Source: a virus. From it: 64,000 nucleotides of DNA. Of this stretch, positions 57,605-64,000 are shown one piece after another; position 1 is the first letter of the stretch, and every line of letters begins with the position of its first letter. Where the stretch lies: the IMG/VR virus record IMGVR_UViG_3300035698_019437, positions 64,001 to 128,000 of that record. One strand, 5' to 3'. The notes beneath the pieces are model-generated. The model had not been told where the DNA came from, made no database searches, and saw only the letters and a list, made by a program, of their open reading frames with translations. A program made the translations under genes and the position numbers.

Positions 57605-59511
57605 TGATCAATTTAAATTCGCAGCAGAAGAAAGCAGTTGAACACGAAGAAGGTCCATGTCTAGTTGCCTCTGTTCCCGGAAGCGGTAAAACAGCGGTTC
57701 TAGTAGAACGTACTGCTAGGCTTATAGAGAAAGGTGTAACGCCTTCGTCTATATTGAGTGTTACGTTTACTAATAAAGCATCTAAAGAAATGCGCAAACG
57801 AGTTACTAGTAGACTCGGTACTTCTAAAGTTGATTGTGTCATATCTACGTTTCATTCTTTTTGTGTAAAAGTTCTCAGGAATTATGGTTCGAATATAGGT
57901 TATGGTAGCAATTTTTCTATATTAGGTGATTCCGATCAAAAAGCTTTGATTTCTCAAATCGGCAAGAAGCTAGGTATTCCTAAGAAGAAAATCAATGCAT
58001 ATTCCATACTTTCTAAGGTAAATATATCCAGAGAGAATCTTGAGGAATTTATCGTTCTTGCAGCAAGATTCGATAACGATCCAGCATCATGGGCTATAGC
58101 TAAAGAATATCTTGAAGAGATGAAGAAGCAGAACGCTATTGATTTTAGTGGTTTGCTATATGAGACTGTTCAGTTATTCCAGAAGTATCCTAAAATTCTG
58201 GAAGCTTTTCAGAATACTTTTAAGTATATACAGGTAGATGAAACCCAAGATACAAACTACATCCAATTTTACATGATTAATATGATTGGAAAGAAACATA
58301 GAAACATTATGCTTGTTGGGGATATCGACCAGTCAATCTATGCGTTCAGGAATGCAAGATATCAGAATATCGTTGATTTCCTAGAAGATCATAAAGATTG
58401 CGTTCGTATTCCACTTGAGAAGAACTACAGATCGACTCCTCAGATTATTCGTGTTGCGAACAAGTTGATATGCCATAATTCTTCTCATATCGTAGATAAG
58501 TTTGAGACAGATAACCCTGATGGGCCTCCTGTTGTATATAAGGAGTTTAATGAGCCTCAAGACGAAGCTAGGTGGATCGCTTATAAGATTAACAAATTCA
58601 AAAATGAACTTGGGTATGATGGAAGCGATATAGCTATCTTCTATCGACTTAATAGGTTGTCTATGGATTTGCAGCCTGCATTACGTCATGCAAATATTCC
58701 TTTTGTAGTTATAGGTGGTCCCAGCTTCTTTGATAGGAAAGAGATAAAAGATTCGTTAGCTATGATGAGATTTCTGTCTAATCCTAAAGACGGTACTGCT
58801 TTTTACAGATTGATAGACTTGTTCGACGGTATTGGCGATGTAACTGCGCATAAGATACAAGAATTGTCTAGACAAAACGATATTAGTCTTATTGATGCTT
58901 GTAGGAAAGTAGATGGATTGACAAATAGGACTCCTATCCGTAAGGCAGCTAAAAGAATAGCAGATGTTTTCGATTTCGATTACAAGGCATGCAATTTGAC
59001 TCAGTGTTTCGATACGCTTATGAATAAACTTCGTTACAAAGATACTTTAGAATTGAAGTGCAAAACCGGCAAAGAATTTTTGGAAAGACAAGATAATATC
59101 GATTCCTTCGTCTCGGATGCAGTAGGTTTTACGAATAACAGTACAGCTAAAATAGATGATTATCTGAAGAACGTAAGCTTAATGTCTTCAGAAGATGGTG
59201 ACGCGGATGAGCAATCGATTAGTCTAATGACGTTCCATGCAGCTAAGGGATTAGAATTTCCGATAGTATTTACGGTAGGTGTCGAACAACAGATATTGCC
59301 TCATTATCTTGCTGTGGCTGATGCGACAGATGTTCAGTCTAAGAAAGAAGCCATAGAAGAAGAGAGGCGTATATTTTATGTTGGTATGACTAGAGCAAAG
59401 AAACATCTGAATATTTCTTCATGCAAATATCGCAGAGTACGTCAGCAAGGAATGTTCATACAACAATCAGGATTGCCTAGTCAGTTTTTAAAAGAATCTG
59501 GTTTAAGATGA
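57601..59511 (+). CDS. UvrD/PcrA superfamily 1 helicase
   Basis: LN.QQ..AV, PGSGKT, TFTNKA, TFHS, VDETQD, GDIDQSIY.FR.A, NYRS, MTFHAAKGLEF, EEERR.FYVGMTRAK. Confidence 0.95.
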   Translation: MMINLNSQQKKAVEHEEGPCLVASVPGSGKTAVLVERTARLIEKGVTPSSILSVTFTNKASKEMRKRVTSRLGTSKVDCVISTFHSFCVKVLRNYGSNIGYGSNFSILGDSDQKALISQIGKKLGIPKKKINAYSILSKVNISRENLEEFIVLAARFDNDPASWAIAKEYLEEMKKQNAIDFSGLLYETVQLFQKYPKILEAFQNTFKYIQVDETQDTNYIQFYMINMIGKKHRNIMLVGDIDQSIYAFRNARYQNIVDFLEDHKDCVRIPLEKNYRSTPQIIRVANKLICHNSSHIVDKFETDNPDGPPVVYKEFNEPQDEARWIAYKINKFKNELGYDGSDIAIFYRLNRLSMDLQPALRHANIPFVVIGGPSFFDRKEIKDSLAMMRFLSNPKDGTAFYRLIDLFDGIGDVTAHKIQELSRQNDISLIDACRKVDGLTNRTPIRKAAKRIADVFDFDYKACNLTQCFDTLMNKLRYKDTLELKCKTGKEFLERQDNIDSFVSDAVGFTNNSTAKIDDYLKNVSLMSSEDGDADEQSISLMTFHAAKGLEFPIVFTVGVEQQILPHYLAVADATDVQSKKEAIEEERRIFYVGMTRAKKHLNISSCKYRRVRQQGMFIQQSGLPSQFLKESGLR

Positions 59512-60209
59512 TATCTTACGAAACATTGATAGGAAAACACGATGGGGAGTCGGCATTTGTGTTTGGTGCTGGTACAAGTCTATTCGGAGTTGATCTTTCT
59601 CCTGTTCATAAACATATAGTTTTATGTGTTAATTCGAGCTTCATACTAATGCCGTGGAACGAGGGAGAACCAGATAGAAGGTATTGGTTATCTAATGATG
59701 CTTTAGTAAGAAGATGGACTTACTGGTCTAAAGTGAAGAAATCTAAAGCCATTAAAATAGTACGCGATAGTTGGAAGAAGTATGAAAAAGAGATAAGCGA
59801 CTTTCTTGTTTTTTCTCCTAGACCGACTAAGGAAAGTGTTATCAATCCAGATGATACTGGTTTGTGCTATTGTTCTAGCGTTCCAAGTAGTATAGATTTG
59901 GCAATACAAATGGGATGTAAAAAAATATTTGTAATGGGCTTGGATCAATATAAAGTTTCAGATCGCAGATATTTTTGGGAATTTATGCCAAGGAAAGAAC
60001 AGCCTACTTGGTCTCATGGATTTAGATATTTACCAAATTATGATCAGCAACTTTGGACGTTTGGTTTTGATAGACAAGCATATTCGGCGTTAGAAGAATT
60101 CTCGAAAATCAAAGGTGCAAAAATATACAATTGTAACATGATTAGCAAGATAGATTCGTTTGAGAAGATAACGTTTGATCAAGCTTTGGAGATCGTCAAT
60201 GGGAATTAA
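59508..60209 (+). CDS. Maf/DUF115 (MptE-like, sialyltransferase-like fold) protein 1
   Basis: KH.GE.A...GAG.SL, VN, D, SV....LAIQMGCKKI...GLD, IYNCN. Confidence 0.75.
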   Translation: MISYETLIGKHDGESAFVFGAGTSLFGVDLSPVHKHIVLCVNSSFILMPWNEGEPDRRYWLSNDALVRRWTYWSKVKKSKAIKIVRDSWKKYEKEISDFLVFSPRPTKESVINPDDTGLCYCSSVPSSIDLAIQMGCKKIFVMGLDQYKVSDRRYFWEFMPRKEQPTWSHGFRYLPNYDQQLWTFGFDRQAYSALEEFSKIKGAKIYNCNMISKIDSFEKITFDQALEIVNGN

Positions 60210-60708
60210 ATGGACACATTTCAAAGAAACATCCAAACATAAGTTTTGGGTTTCTTTTTATATAGTAAAGATATGTCTGAAGCTTCTTAAGAGAGCGATT
60301 GTTCATGACGATAGCAAATATTCAGGAGAAGAAGGTAGACTTTTCGCTTTATCAGTTCCTAAGCTTAGAGGTTTAACTTATGGCTCGGAAGAGTATAAAG
60401 ATATCTTAGCCAATATGCTCAATCCCGCAATCAAAAGTCATTATGCTAGGAATCGTCATCATCCGGAACATCATGATAATGGAATTAATGGCATGTCATT
60501 TATTGATAAGATAGAAATGGTGTGTGATTGGAGAGCAGCAACAAGAAGACATGATGATGGTTGTATATTTAAGTCTCTTGAAATAAATCAGAAACGATTT
60601 GGATATGATGATAGAGAGAAAGAATTGTTCTTGAGTATAGTAAAAGAATTGGAGAACGATAATGCAAAAAAGAGATACAATCAGGAGAAGATACACAGTG
60701 AGAGATAG
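60199..60708 (+). CDS. HD-superfamily (DUF5662-like) protein
   Basis: HK..V, HDDSK, HY..NRHHPEH, EMVCDW; likely ATG at 60199. Confidence 0.8.
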   Translation: MGIKWTHFKETSKHKFWVSFYIVKICLKLLKRAIVHDDSKYSGEEGRLFALSVPKLRGLTYGSEEYKDILANMLNPAIKSHYARNRHHPEHHDNGINGMSFIDKIEMVCDWRAATRRHDDGCIFKSLEINQKRFGYDDREKELFLSIVKELENDNAKKRYNQEKIHSER

Positions 60709-61018
60709 AGTATATAGAAAAAGTCATTTTCATAAATTCCCTTTCGATGCTATAAAGTATCGTAAAGATGAGCATGGGTATCAGACTGAATATCCTTTGA
60801 ACACATCCTTTGGTCTTGGCGGTCATGGATTTGCTGATGGAGTCTGGACTATTTCTATTATACATAAAGACTCTAGTGCGGATATATATGAATTGCCTGA
60901 TTATCTGCAATACGTTCTGAATACAGTTAGAGACTGGGGCAGAAGTGACGTTAAGAACGATCTGAGAGTCAAGCTAGAAGATGTAACAAGATTATTAGGT
61001 ATAGTCAATGAAGATTGA
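60662..61018 (+). CDS. Hypothetical protein
   Basis: Fills the gap; true start may be the later GTG (~60698). Confidence 0.55.
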   Translation: MQKRDTIRRRYTVRDRVYRKSHFHKFPFDAIKYRKDEHGYQTEYPLNTSFGLGGHGFADGVWTISIIHKDSSADIYELPDYLQYVLNTVRDWGRSDVKNDLRVKLEDVTRLLGIVNED

Positions 61019-61778
61019 AGAACTAGAAAATATGCATGCAGATTCTCCCCTGATATTCGTAACAGGATCAGGTCCATCTCTTCATGATGTTAATATTGAT
61101 ATGATTAAGGAATATCCTATCATATCTGTTAACTCTTCTATTATGAAGTTCGGAGCATTTGCGAATCATTTTGTTTCAGATGATATAGGTGCAAAAAACT
61201 GGAATTACTATACTCAAATACTTCCCAATATTCCATGTACCAAGTTGTTGTATAAAGACAAGTTGAAAATGCATGCTAAATATTTTGATAAAGATAAGGT
61301 AGTATTCTTTAAACATAAATGGTGGTTTTCTCCTAAAGAAAACAAGTACAACTCAAAAGGTCTTGTTTTGACCAAGGATGCGAAGGCTCCAATTGTAGGT
61401 GCTAGAACTTCTTTGGGTACTGCTTTACATTTTGCGTACATAATGGGCGGAGAAAATACGAGAATAGTATTATTGGGTTCTGATTGTTGTTACAGAGGAA
61501 ATAAAAGATATTTCTGGCAACTTGATGGTGAACCTCAAGTATTTAGAACTACAGGAGAACCAGTATTTTCTACTCCTAATAGGGGTAGGTATATGGGAGA
61601 GCCAGTAGATGCTCATTCTATGGACTTCCTTCAATATTGGAAAGCGTTTGTAAAACAAAATGAAGGTACTCCTAATCTTCATATTATAAATTCGTCAGGC
61701 GGCATTCTAGATTATTTTGAACGTATGCCTTTGGAAGAAGTGTTGATTAAATATGGAAACAAAAAGGAGCAAACATAA
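61008..61778 (+). CDS. Maf/DUF115 (MptE-like) protein 2
   Basis: VTGSGPSL, ISVN, SD, TS..TALHFAYIMG....IVLLGSDC, IINSS.G. Confidence 0.78.
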   Translation: MKIEELENMHADSPLIFVTGSGPSLHDVNIDMIKEYPIISVNSSIMKFGAFANHFVSDDIGAKNWNYYTQILPNIPCTKLLYKDKLKMHAKYFDKDKVVFFKHKWWFSPKENKYNSKGLVLTKDAKAPIVGARTSLGTALHFAYIMGGENTRIVLLGSDCCYRGNKRYFWQLDGEPQVFRTTGEPVFSTPNRGRYMGEPVDAHSMDFLQYWKAFVKQNEGTPNLHIINSSGGILDYFERMPLEEVLIKYGNKKEQT

Positions 61779-62526
61779 AATATTATCTGTAGTGACTGCT
61801 CGTGCTGATTCAAAAGGATTACCGGGTAAAAATTTCAAGATACTTGGGGGAAGACCTCTTTTTGAGTATTCTGTATTTGCATCTCTTGACAGCGAAAACG
61901 TAGGGTTGACAACTGTAAGTTCCAATTGTAACGAAGTAGAAAAATACACCAAGATCATGTTGAATAGGATGAATAGGAATATGGGGGTGTTGAATGATCG
62001 AATTTCTATGTTTAACGGTGGCGGTTACTTCATTGGTTGGTTAGAGTTTATAAGAAGGCCAGATGAATTTGCTGGTGATATGAGTAAGAACGAAGATGCT
62101 TTGATACACACTTATAATTATTGTAAAGACAAATGGAACTTCGATGCGGATATCATAGTCAATCTACAGCCAACATCTCCAATTCGCAATAATGGTTTGC
62201 TTGATAAATGTATAGAGAAATTCATAGATGACGATGCGGATAGTTTATTCACATCATCAAAGCATACGCCGTTCTTCTTCAAGGAAAGAGATGGATTAGT
62301 GGTAGCTGAATGGGATGTGAAAAACAGGCCGATGCGACAAGAAATTTCTGATTTTATGTTTCACGACAATGGGAATATTTATATAATGAAGAGAGACTTA
62401 TTATTAAGTGAAAGATGTAGATTGGGTGGTAAGATGATAATGATGGAAACTGATAAGTTTCAAAGCATGCAAATAGACGATGAAGATGATTTAGCTATCA
62501 TAGAAAATGTCATGAGCAGATTATGA
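61753..62526 (+). CDS. neuA: Acylneuraminate cytidylyltransferase (CMP-nonulosonic acid synthetase, NeuA/PseF/LegF family)
   Basis: ARADSKGLPGKN....GG.PL, RP.E.A.D, LQPTSP.R, NG.IY, IDDEDD. Confidence 0.9.
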   Translation: METKRSKHKILSVVTARADSKGLPGKNFKILGGRPLFEYSVFASLDSENVGLTTVSSNCNEVEKYTKIMLNRMNRNMGVLNDRISMFNGGGYFIGWLEFIRRPDEFAGDMSKNEDALIHTYNYCKDKWNFDADIIVNLQPTSPIRNNGLLDKCIEKFIDDDADSLFTSSKHTPFFFKERDGLVVAEWDVKNRPMRQEISDFMFHDNGNIYIMKRDLLLSERCRLGGKMIMMETDKFQSMQIDDEDDLAIIENVMSRL

Positions 62527-62819
62527 TTATTGTAGATATCGTATGGATAAATAAAGAAGATCACAGTGGTTTTGGTTCTATGGTAGCTCAAAAAATGGCA
62601 GATTATTTTCGTAGTCCTTATGGTTTTAGGACTCTATCTTATAAAGCAGATATCAAAAAAGAAAGATGGTTAGACCCTGATTATCACACTAAAGGTATGC
62701 AAGAGCCTAGATGCACTTTGTGGTACAAAGGGGATAAGCCAGATAATCACTTAGAAATCTCCGAAAAATTGAAAGATATAGTGAATAAACTGTTTTTCTG
62801 GGATGTTATTATGGTTTAG
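62523..62819 (+). CDS. Hypothetical protein
   Basis: ATGA overlap with neuA. Confidence 0.55.
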   Translation: MIIVDIVWINKEDHSGFGSMVAQKMADYFRSPYGFRTLSYKADIKKERWLDPDYHTKGMQEPRCTLWYKGDKPDNHLEISEKLKDIVNKLFFWDVIMV

Positions 62820-62889
62820 TCGCGTGATAAGATTTCCTGTAACATCGTCATATGATGGACGATATGGTATCAGTAGCAGGAGATAAATA

Positions 62890-64000
62890 GTGTATACACA
62901 GTCAGATTTTTTCGGCAACGTAATCGATTTAGATTTGAAAAGAGGGGTTAAGAAAATAGACTTACTTGATGAAGGAAGAGAATCTTCTACTTTTAGTCTA
63001 TGGGACGAAGAATTTACTCTACAAGAAGTTTCTAGTTGGATATATGGCATACTGGGAAGCCGATTTGTTAAGTGGACTAAAACCACGGAAACTGAAAACC
63101 GGAAATTTGTTTTTGGACCAGAAGTAAGGGTGTGGATGAATAGAAAATCAAATAGAAACTTATCTTCTATTTTATTAGATACTGGCGTGAGCATAGAGCG
63201 TCAAAAACCATTTAGGAACTATTATGGAGGGACTTTAGTAGGCCCATCGCAGTCTAAGATATGGGCCTTTTTCCGTGAATCCGGTTTGAATAAATTTCTA
63301 GAACATTATTTATACGAGATGGATGGAGTAAAAATATATGAACAGTCAATCCCTGAGTTGAATCTTGAAAAAGAATATGAAAAGAATAGAAAATGTTTTT
63401 TAGGGGAAAATTTCTGCAATAGAAGTTTTAAACTAGGTATATCTGGATTGTCTTTAAGTTCGTCTTTAAATGTAAGTATATTAGATCAAGAAAATAAACT
63501 GCTAAAGTTAAAAACTGAAAAGCTTGCTAAGCGAAGTAAAAACTTATCGGATGTACCAATAGAAAATATAAGAATTGCAGCTAGAAATTCTCATTATATT
63601 CCAAGGATACCTGTATATATAGATGGCTATGCAAATCATGTATCGTTATTTAAAGACGAGATGGTAAATAACATGTCTGCTTTAGAAAATGTAGTACCTA
63701 AAAATATGTTAAGGCTAATAGAGAGTGAAGTCTGTTTGCACGGATTATCATCTACAAAAGAATCAAGGAAGTATCAAGCTTACAAGATAAGTAAAGAGCA
63801 TATTGTAGATAACTCATACTTACAAAATTTTTTGTTCTACCCTCATTTTGTTGAAAACATAACTTTTTTACCTGTCGGTTATAATTGTTCGCTACCTAAA
63901 TGGCAAAACGTAGAATCAGGAGTCAGGAAATCAGTAAAAACGATTAAAGACGGATGCTATTATGATTTTGACGAGTGGCGAGATTTAATATATGCTATTT
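62890..64000 (+). CDS. Hypothetical protein, 3'-truncated (absent from the ORF track)
   Basis: AGGAG RBS then GTG at 62890; manually translated frame (MYTQSDFFGNVIDL...) has no stop before the window end. Confidence 0.75.
   Translation, partial: MYTQSDFFGNVIDLDLKRGVKKIDLLDEGRESSTFSLWDEEFTLQEVSSWIYGILGSRFVKWTKTTETENRKFVFGPEVRVWMNRKSNRNLSSILLDTGVSIERQKPFRNYYGGTLVGPSQSKIWAFFRESGLNKFLEHYLYEMDGVKIYEQSIPELNLEKEYEKNRKCFLGENFCNRSFKLGISGLSLSSSLNVSILDQENKLLKLKTEKLAKRSKNLSDVPIENIRIAARNSHYIPRIPVYIDGYANHVSLFKDEMVNNMSALENVVPKNMLRLIESEVCLHGLSSTKESRKYQAYKISKEHIVDNSYLQNFLFYPHFVENITFLPVGYNCSLPKWQNVESGVRKSVKTIKDGCYYDFDEWRDLIYAI

Noticed and set aside
1887-63194. Numerous minus-strand ORFs and short alternative-frame plus-strand ORFs in the track
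   Set aside because: All lie within or across longer plus-strand genes, have no recognisable motifs and read as antisense or frame shadows.
1-64000. Stop-codon reassignment
   Set aside because: Very long ORFs and near-complete coding density under the standard code; TAA, TGA and TAG all end genes at sensible boundaries.
1-64000. Bacterial chromosome origin (infC, recA, dnaE, uvrD, neuA present)
   Set aside because: No rpmI/rplT after infC and no housekeeping operon context. The gp32-like SSB, UvsW-like helicase, homing endonucleases, single-strand coding and many ORFans fit a large phage better, although no capsid or terminase gene is in this window.

Overview
AT-rich (roughly one-third GC by eye), gap-free, entirely plus-strand window that reads as part of a large (jumbo-type) dsDNA tailed phage genome. 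No rRNA, tRNA or CRISPR array is visible. 1-24953: very large acidic proteins that look like virion tail, baseplate and adhesin components (FN3, Asp-box propellers, dockerin, beta-helix, LamG, Kelch, vWA). Several carry domains inserted inside other domains. 24985-27648: three glycosyltransferases. 27648-59511: a bacterial-style replication and recombination region. It contains an SF2 helicase, two DNA MTases, IF3, a Ycf46-like AAA ATPase, a DnaC-like loader, DnaB, a DnaG primase split into two genes about 13 kb apart, and a DnaE split into two genes without an intein and interrupted by a dCMP-deaminase gene. It also has a gp32-like SSB, RecA, a Cas4-like nuclease, SpoVS, a free-standing LAGLIDADG endonuclease whose RBS is buried in a GNRA-capped hairpin, an intein-containing YkgJ/FliB-family protein and UvrD. 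59508-62526: two Maf/DUF115-like proteins, an HD protein and a CMP-nonulosonic acid synthetase. The best candidates for undescribed biology are the fragmented replisome (split DnaE plus split DnaG) and a phage-encoded nonulosonate/glycosylation toolkit resembling bacterial flagellin-modification loci. All family calls come from motif recognition, not database searches.
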